Made by a program: the position numbers and the translations under genes | Virus record (IMG/VR): IMGVR_UViG_3300005512_000007 | Reading direction: 5' to 3' (one strand) | Origin: an uncultured virus (IMG/VR IMGVR_UViG_3300005512_000007) | Taxonomy: Duplodnaviria > Heunggongvirae > Uroviricota > Caudoviricetes | DNA length: 64,000 nucleotides | Shown: positions 27,815 through 38,026 of the stretch, one piece after another | How the letters are laid out: each line of letters starts with the position of its first letter | Position numbering within the stretch: position 1 is the first letter of the stretch | Notes under the pieces: model-generated | What the model was told of the DNA's origin: nothing | What the model saw: only the letters and a program-made list of their open reading frames with translations | Databases searched by the model: none

Positions 27815-29754
27815 TGGCACGGGTATCATTTACTCTTCGCAAGACCGGTATTGACCGGGGTTCTTACGCACGCTATGACATCGATGTCTTCAACACGGCG
27901 GCGTCCGCTGGTAATGCGGCCTCGGCTGGTACATGGGTTGTCGACGACGACGCAGGTTCCAGAGACATTGACACGGCTCTCCGCTCTGACAACTATCAGA
28001 TTCCCCCTAACGAGTTTGTTGAGAGTTTCCTTGAGGCCACGGCTGTTGCTTACGGCGTGGTCAGCGTGGATTGGGGAGCAAACCTGCCTAGTGAAGCACT
28101 GGGTTCTATTCCCATCGCTACTAGCGTGATTCTGGTCTACTCTTCCGCTGGACCCCCCGCAACTGTTTCTTCTGGAGATGTTCTTGCCGAGTCGTCCACG
28201 GACTTTGCTTACGAGCACACCGGCTTGGAAGGTGGGCGCTGGGCTTATTACACGCTGTTCATCAAATACGAGTCGACAACGGCTGATCCGTACTACGAGC
28301 CTGTTGCCTCGGTTGAAGTGCTAGTGCCTTATAACTACGGATCTACCGCTCTTCTGTGGCGCAGGGTTCCGCAGTACTACCGAGAGGCAGACACCCGCAT
28401 TGGTGACTACATCGACCCCACGTCGGAGTTTGCCACCACTGAACTGGGTGGGCTACCGGTGGGCAACAAGGTCGGCCCCCTGTACCGCTTCCTGTCCATC
28501 TTCGGATTTGAGATGGACCGAGTTCGCACCATTATTGACTACTTGATGATTTCTAAGGACCCGGCAGAGGCCAATAGCGAAACGCTTGATGCCGTGGCAA
28601 ACACTGTCGGTTTAGGCTTCTCATCCAACATCATCAACACTGAGCGGCTCAGGGCCATACTCGATGATATCGGTTACCTACGGCGTGGTAAGGGCACCGT
28701 AGACGGCGTCGCCAACTATGGACGTGCCTTCTCTGGTTCCGAGATCGAGGTTGATCAACTGAACCGCGAGATCAAGTTCTACGCTCAACGGGTCAACTAC
28801 ATCACTGATCCGCTGGATGCTACGGGGCTGGTGACGCACCGCCCCGCTCATGAGGTCGAGGCCGTACGGCCCCGCTATAACCGAGGGTCATATGATCCCA
28901 CGACGTACGTTGCTGGGAACTCCGCCACGTACCCGTCCAAGGGCAGTGATGAGTCCTACGTTCCGGGGATGTACTGGACCGCTGCGTCGGCCACGACGTT
29001 TGAGGGAATCCCAGTTGGAGTTGGGGATTACATCGTTGCGTATGACGATGGGGGGTCCACCGCCTTCGCCGTGCATGGCAATGACTTTGCCGCCACCAAC
29101 TACAGCGCATACACGACCTACAGCGTTGCTGATGCTGATTACACCCCCAATAGTTCCGGGGCATCTGTTGGTGTGACCCACGTCATGTTCCACATTGACT
29201 GCCCGATTCCGGTGAAAGAGGCCGACAGCGTGGCCTTCTCAGTACACAGCACCATTGGTACGAGCGGCCTGAAGTGGGTGCGCCTTGTCGATGAGTCGGG
29301 GAACATCATCGGATGGTCTGACGGAGTTACCCGCGCTGGAGATTCGCCCGCCGCTGAGGCGATTGCCGCCGAAAACCTCGATGGGGAATGGACGATTGCC
29401 TTTATCGAGTTCCTTGTCGATATGAGCGCCATATCGGTATACCAGTTGAAGTACCTGCTGGCTGAGCGGAATCGTCTGGGAGAGTACTTCGACGGATCGT
29501 TCACACGTGGTGGCTGGATTCTCGACCCCGCCGGTAACAGCACCAGCGATTACCGCTGGTCCAGCGAAGGTAGCAACAACGGAAACGCCTATGAGTCGAT
29601 CTCGGTCTACTCTGAGGATTATCGCCGTACTCGCTCCCTGCTGGATTCGTACTTCAGGCAGTCTCTGCCGGTCACGGTGTCGGAGTACTACACCTTTACG
29701 GCCTTCGATGCCATCCCCGGCATGGATGCCATCGACACGTACTTGACGCCCTAG
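27814..29754 (+). CDS. baseplate wedge/tail protein I-like
   Basis: L.RFL.IFGFE.D; KGT..G; follows baseplate J. Confidence 0.7.
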   Translation: MARVSFTLRKTGIDRGSYARYDIDVFNTAASAGNAASAGTWVVDDDAGSRDIDTALRSDNYQIPPNEFVESFLEATAVAYGVVSVDWGANLPSEALGSIPIATSVILVYSSAGPPATVSSGDVLAESSTDFAYEHTGLEGGRWAYYTLFIKYESTTADPYYEPVASVEVLVPYNYGSTALLWRRVPQYYREADTRIGDYIDPTSEFATTELGGLPVGNKVGPLYRFLSIFGFEMDRVRTIIDYLMISKDPAEANSETLDAVANTVGLGFSSNIINTERLRAILDDIGYLRRGKGTVDGVANYGRAFSGSEIEVDQLNREIKFYAQRVNYITDPLDATGLVTHRPAHEVEAVRPRYNRGSYDPTTYVAGNSATYPSKGSDESYVPGMYWTAASATTFEGIPVGVGDYIVAYDDGGSTAFAVHGNDFAATNYSAYTTYSVADADYTPNSSGASVGVTHVMFHIDCPIPVKEADSVAFSVHSTIGTSGLKWVRLVDESGNIIGWSDGVTRAGDSPAAEAIAAENLDGEWTIAFIEFLVDMSAISVYQLKYLLAERNRLGEYFDGSFTRGGWILDPAGNSTSDYRWSSEGSNNGNAYESISVYSEDYRRTRSLLDSYFRQSLPVTVSEYYTFTAFDAIPGMDAIDTYLTP

Positions 29755-29802
29755 TAACTAGGCTGGTACAGTTCCTCCTCCCAACGAGCCAGAGGAGAGA
29801 AG

Positions 29803-30624
29803 ATGGCTACCCACATCATCATGGGCACCGGCCCGTGTCCAGAAGAGGCAGTAACGGAGGCGCTCCGAGATGCCCTGACCGACGGCGACACCGTTGCTGT
29901 TGCGTGGTCCGGTTCCCCCGTGCCCGAGTCCCTCGGAGCCGTGTACGACTACATTCTCGACCACAACATTGACTTCGTGCTGTTCTACACCGATGAGCAG
30001 AAGGTCCACAGCGACTTCCGTGAGGCCGACCACGGCATCGTTCAGAAAGTCCGCAACCCCAACGCCAGCCTGATGAAGGCCCTCGATGGCAACGTCCTAT
30101 TCCTCTGGAACGACGAGGAGGAGGATCTCATCAACTTCGTGTTCGACACCGAACCCGATGCCAAGGTGCTTGAGTTGAGCAACGGTCTTGCCCCCATCAG
30201 TATCGCTGAGAACATTCCCGAGGTCGAGATTCCTGCCCCCGTGGTTGAGGAAGAGGAAGACGATTACTCCTACACCCGTGAGGAGTTGGAGACCGCCACG
30301 GCTTACGTCGTGAAGAGGTACGGGGAGCGCATGGGGTGCGAGGCCAAGACGAAGGCTGGCATCATTGCGGAACTGTTCCCTGAGGACGATGCCCCTGTTA
30401 CGGAAGAGGCCCCTGCGATACTCCCCGTCGCAGAAGAACCGGCACCCCCCAAGGAGTCTTCTGCTGAGTTAGATTCGGTCATTGAGTCGGGCCTTTTGGC
30501 TGGGTTGGATTCCGTCATTGCGTCCTTCTTCGACCACGCCCCTGAGACCCCCGATACTGCCATGGCTCGTCTCAAGTTGCACGAGGCTCGTATCTGGGTG
30601 ACCCGAGTCATTGAGGGTCGTTGA
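29803..30624 (+). CDS. acidic multidomain hypothetical protein
   Basis: GAGGAG RBS; TACAGT -10; HeH-like segment; C-terminal helical hairpin. Confidence 0.65.
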   Translation: MATHIIMGTGPCPEEAVTEALRDALTDGDTVAVAWSGSPVPESLGAVYDYILDHNIDFVLFYTDEQKVHSDFREADHGIVQKVRNPNASLMKALDGNVLFLWNDEEEDLINFVFDTEPDAKVLELSNGLAPISIAENIPEVEIPAPVVEEEEDDYSYTREELETATAYVVKRYGERMGCEAKTKAGIIAELFPEDDAPVTEEAPAILPVAEEPAPPKESSAELDSVIESGLLAGLDSVIASFFDHAPETPDTAMARLKLHEARIWVTRVIEGR

Positions 30625-30650
30625 CAGACCGCTAGTACCAGTGATACCCT
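30621..30650 (+). promoter_or_regulatory. sigma-A-type promoter of the replication operon
   Basis: TTGACA-18-TACCCT with TG extended -10. Confidence 0.65.
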
Positions 30651-30732
30651 GCGGGGGCACCTCTTGGGGTGTCTCCTCAGGTATGGGACGAGCGGCCTCT
30701 TCGGGGGCCGCTCGTCTCGTCTAAGGAGAGAG

Positions 30733-31446
30733 ATGCCTACATTCGGAGCCGACCCAGACATCCCCGAGAAAGATTGGGAAATGAGCGTTTCGACATCCCG
30801 TTACGTCAGCCGCCCCGTACGAGAGTTGACGAACTACTTCGCCTACCACAAGGACATGCGAATGAGCCAGAGGTGTGACGAGGACGACAAAGTCAGACTC
30901 AACATACTGTTCTCCCGCAGGCTGAAGCAGGGCTTCTCCGCAGAGAGTATCAAGGCGACTATCGACAAGTTCTTCCAGTCCCCCGAGGGGCAGACCGCTT
31001 ATCCTGCCCCGCTGTTCTGTACCAATGACGTACAGGCCACGCTGGTGGAGGGCGTAGAGATGCGTGCCAACGACAACGTATTACAGTGGCTGGTGGATGG
31101 TATGCCCAATAACGACGACCTCTTTGAGGATTCCAGAGAGGTCCGTAAGGCTGTTCTATTGACCTGTGACGAGGCCCTATTCAGGTACCCCACTGTGGTC
31201 GCAGAGATCCTGCGAGGCGATTCCAGAGAGTTCCATACCCGTCTCAACGCTCTGGAAGGGCTGATCCTGTGGAACCTTGGTGAAGAGCACGACGTGGATG
31301 CCCTCCACCGAGACCTCGGAAGGGTGATGCTCCCCAAGGTCTTGACTACGAAGAAGCGTTCACCTAAGATGCTCGCCTCCCGTAAGCCTACCGTGCAGTT
31401 AGCCGTCGCATCAGAGACCGTCAAGAAAAGGCAGGAAGACTGGTGA
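30733..31446 (+). CDS. hypothetical protein, possible replication initiator
   Basis: AAGGAG RBS before ATG 30733; directly upstream of the DnaC-like gene. Confidence 0.55.
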   Translation: MPTFGADPDIPEKDWEMSVSTSRYVSRPVRELTNYFAYHKDMRMSQRCDEDDKVRLNILFSRRLKQGFSAESIKATIDKFFQSPEGQTAYPAPLFCTNDVQATLVEGVEMRANDNVLQWLVDGMPNNDDLFEDSREVRKAVLLTCDEALFRYPTVVAEILRGDSREFHTRLNALEGLILWNLGEEHDVDALHRDLGRVMLPKVLTTKKRSPKMLASRKPTVQLAVASETVKKRQEDW

Positions 31447-32009
31447 ATTACTCAACGCCTCTGGAATGGAAGAGCGAAGCGTGGTGGCGCAACCGCTCGA
31501 CCGAGGAGCGCTTGTTCCATCTCCACATCCCCAAACGTATCCGTGAGAACATGGCTGACTGGGATGCCATCGACATCGGCCCCGACACCAACCTATTCCT
31601 ACAGGGACCATCGGGTTCTGGTAAGTCGCTCATCGCCGCCCGCACCCTGACGAAGGTCATCAAGAACCACAAGGTGTCAGGGCGGTGGGTTGAGGCCGAT
31701 GACTACATTGAGATGATCAAGGACTCGTTCGACAACGACGGCCTGCTCCCTGAGATGTACTCGTCCCCTCACGTGGTCAAGTATGTCAAGGGTGTGTTCG
31801 ACGTGGTGGTCATCGACGGGTTAGGAGAGGAACGTCTGACCGAGTTTGCCAGTCACGAACTGGGAAGCCTCATCCGCAAGCGCTACGACAAGCAGAAGGC
31901 GACGATCATCACGTCACGCCTGTCGCTACAGGACATCAAGAACCGCTACGGGAGCCGTCTGGCTAACCCTCTGGCTGACTTCGATCTTGAGGTAGCCCGT
32001 GGAAGGTAA
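31443..32009 (+). CDS. dnaC: DnaC/IstB-like ATPase (helicase loader)
   Basis: GPSGSGKS Walker A; VVVIDGLGEE; RKRYD; TIITS. Confidence 0.8.
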   Translation: MNYSTPLEWKSEAWWRNRSTEERLFHLHIPKRIRENMADWDAIDIGPDTNLFLQGPSGSGKSLIAARTLTKVIKNHKVSGRWVEADDYIEMIKDSFDNDGLLPEMYSSPHVVKYVKGVFDVVVIDGLGEERLTEFASHELGSLIRKRYDKQKATIITSRLSLQDIKNRYGSRLANPLADFDLEVARGR

Positions 32010-32451
32010 CGACATCGCCCCCACCACCCACAAGCACATCGCTTGCTGGTTTGAGGACCTCATCATCACTCGCATGGAGGAGCCTGTGAAGCGCCGGTTC
32101 TTCCAGCGTGAGAAAGAGGTAACAGAAGAAGAGTGGGTCAGGGCAGAGGTGCGGAAGTGGAAGATCAACGAGATGCCACTCAAGTCTCTCCACCACATGG
32201 TGAACCACCTCAACCTCGGGGTGGAGGTGTACACCTACATGGAGGATGAACTCGCAGATGCCGCCACTCACTGGCTGGCACGCAAGGGCATCTCCGTCAC
32301 GGTCTACGCCTACAACGACCTCAACGATCTGCGGGACGACTTCAAGTACAACCGCGACGTACACACACTGTTCACGCCGTACGAGGATGACGCCGCCATG
32401 CTGGGTATGCGTGCTACTGTCACCAGACCCGATGGGACGTTTGGTATCTGA
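31999..32451 (+). CDS. hypothetical protein (possible degenerate HAD fold)
   Basis: Coupled ORF; phage-like codon usage. Confidence 0.6.
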   Translation: MEGNDIAPTTHKHIACWFEDLIITRMEEPVKRRFFQREKEVTEEEWVRAEVRKWKINEMPLKSLHHMVNHLNLGVEVYTYMEDELADAATHWLARKGISVTVYAYNDLNDLRDDFKYNRDVHTLFTPYEDDAAMLGMRATVTRPDGTFGI

Positions 32452-33701
32452 TGGCATCTATTGAGCACCTCGTAATCAGCAAGATCATTGAGGAGCAGTC
32501 GCTACACGAGGCTGTTCGCTCCGGCATCAAGCCGGTCTACTTCGCCAACGAGTGGGAGAAGGTGTACCAGTGGGTGCTGGATTACAACAACCAGCACGGG
32601 GCCGTCCCCTCCGAGCGAGCCTTCCACGTCGCCTACGGTGACATTGACATCGAGGACACGGGTGCTGAGACGTTCAGCGGCCTCTTCGACGAACTGCTCA
32701 ATGCGTACCGCTCTCGCACCGTCATTGCGGCGGTGTCGGATGCTATGGGGCCACTCGACAAGGACGACGTGTCCGAGGCCATGGCGATCCTGTCCAAGGG
32801 TCTCCAGTCAGCCAGCGCTGATACGGCACGGCTCCGAGACTTCAACATCATCGAGAACTGGGAAGCCCGCTTTGAGCGCTACAAGGAAATGCGTGATACC
32901 CCTAACGCTTTGCGTGGTATCCCCACCGGCTTCTCTGGGTTGGATCGCATCACTCACGGACTTCGCCCCCAGCAGTTCGTCGTCATGGTGGGCGAGCCGA
33001 AGCGAGGCAAGTCGCTGTTTGAGTTGATCATGGCTAACGCCTGCCACCGACACGGCCTGCGCCCCATGTTCATCTCCTTTGAGATGTCCGTAGCCGAGCA
33101 GGAGTCACGCTACGACGCACTCAACGCCAAGGTTCCCTATGACCGCATCCTCAGCGGCCAGTTGTCTGAGGCTGAGATGGAGCGCATCCGCAAGTCCATG
33201 GTTCTCAGCAAGAACATGCAACCGTTCATCATGTCTGAGGACAGCAGTAGCCTGACCACGGTCAGCGCCATTGCCGCCAAGATTCAGGAGTACCAGCCCG
33301 ACGCTGTGTACATCGACGGCATGTACCTCATGGACGACGAGCACGGGGAGCCAAAGGGCAGTCCGCAGGCTCTGACCAACATCACCCGGGGTACGAAGCG
33401 CCTCGCTCAGCGGTTTGATATTCCTATCGTCGGAACGTCGCAGGTGCTATCTTGGAAACTCAACAACAAACGCACCCGAGCGATCACGGCGGACTCGATT
33501 GGCTACACATCATCTTTTGTGCAGGACTCTGACTTGGTACTGGGCGTTGAACGCAATCCAGACCTCGACGACCAAGCCATTATCCGGGTGGTAGAGGCTC
33601 GTACAGCGGGCCACGCAGAAGTCCATGTCAAGTGGGACTGGCAGACCATGGAATTCTCCGAAATTGATGAAATAGACGAAATTGATCCATCTTTCGATTA
33701 A
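32451..33701 (+). CDS. dnaB: DnaB-like replicative helicase
   Basis: GIPTGF..LD, GEPKRGKS, SFEMS, IDG.YLM, QDSD. Confidence 0.92.
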   Translation: MASIEHLVISKIIEEQSLHEAVRSGIKPVYFANEWEKVYQWVLDYNNQHGAVPSERAFHVAYGDIDIEDTGAETFSGLFDELLNAYRSRTVIAAVSDAMGPLDKDDVSEAMAILSKGLQSASADTARLRDFNIIENWEARFERYKEMRDTPNALRGIPTGFSGLDRITHGLRPQQFVVMVGEPKRGKSLFELIMANACHRHGLRPMFISFEMSVAEQESRYDALNAKVPYDRILSGQLSEAEMERIRKSMVLSKNMQPFIMSEDSSSLTTVSAIAAKIQEYQPDAVYIDGMYLMDDEHGEPKGSPQALTNITRGTKRLAQRFDIPIVGTSQVLSWKLNNKRTRAITADSIGYTSSFVQDSDLVLGVERNPDLDDQAIIRVVEARTAGHAEVHVKWDWQTMEFSEIDEIDEIDPSFD

Positions 33702-33711
33702 GGTTAATCCC

Positions 33712-34176
33712 ATGACAACATGTGCTTTTGATGGATGCGAGAGAACCTCTACTAGGAAGGCGCTGTGCGATGGTCACTACCGGCAGAAGCACACGAGAGG
33801 AGAAGAACTGCGCCCCCTTCTGCTGGATGAGTCTTTTGAGGTAAGATTGAAACGTCTTATTACGGTCGACAGCGCCACAGGATGCTGGAACACTAAAGCA
33901 CCTAGGGCACACATGTCGTGGAAGGGACGAGTAGACATTGTCTACAGACACGTTTACCGAGAGATGGTGGGTCCGCTGATCCGAGGTACTAGGTATGACC
34001 GTGGCGAATCTGTCGATCACTTGTGCCTCAACGAGCATTGCGTCAACCCCGACCACCTACAGAAGGTGACGGCGAGAGAGAATACCAAACGTATGCACGC
34101 CCATACAGCCCTTCGGGCACGCATCTCAAGACTGGAATCCCAGATTCGGGAACTTGGACAGGAGCCAGTAAGTTGA
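33712..34176 (+). mobile_element. HNH homing endonuclease
   Basis: CAFDGC..LCDGHY; GCW; VDHLCLNEHCVNPDHLQKVT..EN. Confidence 0.85.
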
Positions 34177-34193
34177 CCCCTCATTCGACTGAG

Positions 34194-34400
34194 ATGGACA
34201 TCGTGGAACGCTTGCGCGACGTTATAGAAATGTCGTGGGATGGAGAAGAAGTGACTGATCCACTGTGCGAAGAAGCCGCCGCCGAGATCGAACGGTTGCG
34301 TGCCGTCGTGACCCGGCAAGGGATGAAACCCATGGTCGCATACAGCGAAGAAGCAGGAATGTACGACAACCAACTCTCACAGGAGGCCCGCCGTGGATGA
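34194..34400 (+). CDS. small hypothetical protein (DIVERLR/EAA.EIERLR type)
   Basis: MDIVERLR...EAAAEIERLR. Confidence 0.6.
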   Translation: MDIVERLRDVIEMSWDGEEVTDPLCEEAAAEIERLRAVVTRQGMKPMVAYSEEAGMYDNQLSQEARRG

Positions 34401-34656
34401 CATCGTGGATCGGTTGGAGTGGTGCGCCATCAGCACCCCCGAGATTCATCTGCTCAGGGAGGCCGCTCAGTACATCCGCAAATTGAGGGAGGAACTGGCA
34501 GAGGCAATGGACGACCGCATCTTTGTGGTAGACGAGAACGATAACGAGATCGCAGTCATTGAGGGCAATAACGCTGAACTCGTAAGGCGGGCGGCTCTGA
34601 CTGAGTTCATCACTAACAGTGTGTTGGAGAAAGCACGTGAGCAACAGGAGCAGTGA
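34393..34656 (+). CDS. small hypothetical protein, paralog of 34194
   Basis: MDDIVDRLE...EAAQYIRKLR; AGGAGG RBS. Confidence 0.6.
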   Translation: MDDIVDRLEWCAISTPEIHLLREAAQYIRKLREELAEAMDDRIFVVDENDNEIAVIEGNNAELVRRAALTEFITNSVLEKAREQQEQ

Positions 34657-35545
34657 CCTCGTTGAGGTTCTTTCGGGCCTCGGTGTTGAGATCAACAAGA
34701 TTCAGAGCGACGAGATCAACGGAAGGTGCCCCGTACACCACCGGATCAAGGGCCGGGAGAGCACTCGCTACTCGTGGTACCTCAACTGCGATACTGGTCT
34801 GTGGTTCTGCTTCTCCTGCGGTGGTCGGGGCAACCTGTCCATGCTCATCAGCGAACTGACCAATGACCCGTCCGCTTTGTGGAGCATCCAGTCGCACCTC
34901 ATCACCTCCGGTCTTCAGCGGCTGACTGAGAGCGAGCAGGAGGTCAGGCAGACGTACACCCCCATCGACTGGGGCCAGTACAGCAAGTTTCGCCCCCTGC
35001 CAATCCGTATGCGGGAACTTCGCAGGCTCGATGAGGAAGTGACTGCCCGTTACGGTATCCGATGGGATACCAATAACAAGAGCGTGGTTATCCCCATCGT
35101 GTCCCCCGTCGGAGAGTTGTGGGGGTGGCAGTTGAAGAAGACTGGGTGGGTCCGCAACCACCCGGAAGGCGTGCATAAGGGCGACACCCTGTTCGGCATC
35201 GAGCGTGCCCACGCGGAGACCGCGTTGCTTCTGGAGTCGCCTTTGGACGTGGTGCGATTCCATAGCGTGTATGGGAAGCCTGATATCTCTGCCGTCGCCT
35301 CCTTCGGGGCCAATGTTTCGGAGCAGCAGATCCGGCTGCTGACTGATCGCTTTGATGGTCTGATCATTGCGCTCGACAACGACCCCACTGGTCGCATGGA
35401 AACCAAGCGTCTCCGTGATCGTCTCCCCTCCTTCCGTAACGGTACTAAGTACTGGAGGTACGAGACCGACGACAAGGACCTCGGGGCCATGTCGGACCAC
35501 ACGATCCTCCACGGCGTACGACAGGTAACCGCCGTATATGTTTAG
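34637..35545 (+). CDS. DNA primase (CHC2 zinc finger + TOPRIM)
   Basis: CPVH...CFSC; LESPLD; ALDND..G; KDLG. Confidence 0.88.
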   Translation: MSNRSSDLVEVLSGLGVEINKIQSDEINGRCPVHHRIKGRESTRYSWYLNCDTGLWFCFSCGGRGNLSMLISELTNDPSALWSIQSHLITSGLQRLTESEQEVRQTYTPIDWGQYSKFRPLPIRMRELRRLDEEVTARYGIRWDTNNKSVVIPIVSPVGELWGWQLKKTGWVRNHPEGVHKGDTLFGIERAHAETALLLESPLDVVRFHSVYGKPDISAVASFGANVSEQQIRLLTDRFDGLIIALDNDPTGRMETKRLRDRLPSFRNGTKYWRYETDDKDLGAMSDHTILHGVRQVTAVYV

Positions 35546-37076
35546 GGGCACACTGTGGCCGTACCAGCAGGAAGCCGTAGAGCGCATGGTCGACAGGGGC
35601 CAGATGTTGCTGGGTATGGTTATGGGTGCTGGCAAGACCCCCACCACACTGGGGGCTATCGAGCAACTCCATAGCGAGGGCGAGGTGGACCGCTGTCTTG
35701 TTGTTGTCCCCGCCTCCCTCAAGTTCCAGTGGCTAAGAGAGATCAGCAAGTTCACTGACGCTAAAGCCACCGTGATCGACGGCCCCAAGAACAAGCGTGA
35801 TGTTCAATGGCGTATGTCCATCAATAGCCGCTACGTCATCGTCAATGCTGAGACACTGGCTAATGATGTGAATCGCATCGGTACCATCCAAGCCGTAGTT
35901 ATCGACGAGAGCACGATGATCAAGAACCGGTCAGCCAAGCGCTCCCGCCTGCTCAAGAAGATCGGGAAGACTGTGCCATACCGCTATGCCCTGACAGGTC
36001 AGCCCATTGAGAACCGCCCCGAGGAACTCTTCAGCATCATGGAGTTCGTGGACAGAGACGTGCTCGGGGACTTCAAGATGTTTGACCGGACATTTATCGT
36101 GCGTGATAACTGGGGCAAACCCACCCGATATCGCAACCTCGACAAGATGCACAAGACGATGCAGGAGTGCATGGTCCGCAAGACCCGGGACGATATCAAG
36201 GATCAGTTGCCGGATATCATCCACCAGACTGTCCCGGTCACCTTCGACGCCGGTGGTGCGGCGGCTTACAGACGCATCGCCAATGACCTATTAGCGAAGA
36301 TATCGGAGGCTATGGGTAAGGGTAAGGGGGGCTTCAACCTATGGGCGCACTACAACGGAGGAGACGGCGATGAGACACAGGGACAGGTTATGTCTCGCCT
36401 TACCGTGCTTCGGATGCTTTGCGACAACCATCTTCTGGTACGCAAGTCCGCCACCGATTTCAAGGACCCCAATACGCCGAAGGGCAGTGAGTACGCATAT
36501 GACATCGTTCATCGGGGATGGCTGGAAGGCGTAACGAAGACCCCCAAGTTGGACGCGGTCGTGGAGTACATCACCGAAGTACTCGATCAGGACAATAACA
36601 ACAAGGTCGTGTTGTTTTCCTTTTTCAAAGAGAACTTGCGTCTGATACAGCACGCTATGGCCCCCATAACGGACAGCGTTTTGTTTATGGGAGGCATGTC
36701 TGCCGAGGAGCGGGACGCATCGAAGCAGCGGTTTGCTGACGATCCCAAGTGCCGACTGTTCCTGTCATCGGATGCTGGTGGCTACGGAGTGGACCTACCT
36801 ATGGCGAACTACCTCATCTCCTACGACCTGCCGTGGTCTAGCGGTAAGTTGGAACAGCGGGAGGCTCGCATCATTCGCCTGTCCTCTGAGTTCCCCCACG
36901 TAACTATCGCCACCTTCGTCATGCAGGGGAGCATCGAAGAGCGTCAGTACGACATGCTCCAGATGAAGCGCTCGGTCAACGAGGCGTTCATCGACGGCAA
37001 GCACCTCAACAAAGAAGGAAGTATGGAATTGACCCTTGACACGCTCAGTGGTTTTCTGCGAGACTCCTCCCTATGA
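35538..37076 (+). CDS. SNF2-family helicase
   Basis: MGAGKT, DES, LTGQPIEN, GGYGVDL, QREARIIR. Confidence 0.92.
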   Translation: MFRGTLWPYQQEAVERMVDRGQMLLGMVMGAGKTPTTLGAIEQLHSEGEVDRCLVVVPASLKFQWLREISKFTDAKATVIDGPKNKRDVQWRMSINSRYVIVNAETLANDVNRIGTIQAVVIDESTMIKNRSAKRSRLLKKIGKTVPYRYALTGQPIENRPEELFSIMEFVDRDVLGDFKMFDRTFIVRDNWGKPTRYRNLDKMHKTMQECMVRKTRDDIKDQLPDIIHQTVPVTFDAGGAAAYRRIANDLLAKISEAMGKGKGGFNLWAHYNGGDGDETQGQVMSRLTVLRMLCDNHLLVRKSATDFKDPNTPKGSEYAYDIVHRGWLEGVTKTPKLDAVVEYITEVLDQDNNNKVVLFSFFKENLRLIQHAMAPITDSVLFMGGMSAEERDASKQRFADDPKCRLFLSSDAGGYGVDLPMANYLISYDLPWSSGKLEQREARIIRLSSEFPHVTIATFVMQGSIEERQYDMLQMKRSVNEAFIDGKHLNKEGSMELTLDTLSGFLRDSSL

Positions 37077-37492
37077 GCGAACTAGAACGCATTACCGAGG
37101 AGTACATGAGCCACCTGCGCCACGTGGAGGCCCTCAACAAGATCGTGGCTGAGTATAAGAAGCAACTATCTGAGGCCGTGGATGCCGAGGGCGAGGAGGA
37201 CGATAAGGGCCACAAGTGGCTCCAGATCGGCCCCTTCATGCTCCAGAAGCAGAGGCGACAGGGCAACAAGTCCCTCAACATCGAGGCCGCTGAGGAGTGG
37301 GCTAAGGAGCGAGGAATCTGGGAGAAGGTCAGCGACGAGATCAGGGTCCTGAACGAGGATGCCCTCATGGCCTACGTCTACGACCACCGGGACGAGGCTG
37401 GCATCGAGGATGAGGTCCAGAACCTTTACAAAGAGGCACCAGTTTCTTACGCCTTCATGAAACCGGTCGAGGAAGCAACTTACGACTACTGA
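37073..37492 (+). CDS. hypothetical protein
   Basis: Coupled ORF; coiled-coil N-terminus. Confidence 0.65.
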   Translation: MSELERITEEYMSHLRHVEALNKIVAEYKKQLSEAVDAEGEEDDKGHKWLQIGPFMLQKQRRQGNKSLNIEAAEEWAKERGIWEKVSDEIRVLNEDALMAYVYDHRDEAGIEDEVQNLYKEAPVSYAFMKPVEEATYDY

Positions 37493-37544
37493 GGGTGTGC
37501 TAAGTTCGTCTCTCCACACCCCCTAAGACGGAAGGACACAAGTC

Positions 37545-37691
37545 ATGGCAATTGCTATCCCCAAAGACGCCAGCCCCCAGCAGGTCTACACGGTTCTCGG
37601 ACATCTCGTTGACGTACACGAGCAGGCCGGGATTGAAACCATCTCCGTCAAGGGACTGAAAGAATGGCTCAACCAAAAGAAGACCAAGTAG
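37545..37691 (+). CDS. hypothetical 48-aa protein
   Basis: GAAGGA RBS; TAAGTT -10 upstream. Confidence 0.5.
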   Translation: MAIAIPKDASPQQVYTVLGHLVDVHEQAGIETISVKGLKEWLNQKKTK

Positions 37692-37816
37692 TCCGAAAGA
37701 TTCGCCCATTCAAGTGGGAGATCATGGTAGTAAAAGGTAAAGTGATCTACTACTTCTACGGTCTTACCTACAAAAGCGCGTGCAAACAGCGGGATAATTA
37801 CTTCAATAGTCTCTGA
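37664..37816 (+). CDS. hypothetical 50-aa protein
   Basis: MAQPKEDQVVRKIRPFKWEIMVVKG...; fills the gap. Confidence 0.4.
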   Translation: MAQPKEDQVVRKIRPFKWEIMVVKGKVIYYFYGLTYKSACKQRDNYFNSL

Positions 37817-37837
37817 ACAACACAAGGAGTAGCACAA

Positions 37838-38026
37838 ATGGCTGTCTATGAGGATGACCTCAACATCATTATCTCTTGGCTCAAGTCCAAGAACTGTGGC
37901 ATCTGGGCACAGTGGGACATCAGCGACCCCGACGAGGTCGTGCTCGCCGCTGAATGGATTCGTGGTGTCATGGCTGGTCTGAGTGAGTACTCGGATTGGT
38001 ATCAGAGCACGAAGGTTGCTGGATGA
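37838..38026 (+). CDS. hypothetical protein
   Basis: AAGGAG RBS. Confidence 0.6.
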   Translation: MAVYEDDLNIIISWLKSKNCGIWAQWDISDPDEVVLAAEWIRGVMAGLSEYSDWYQSTKVAG

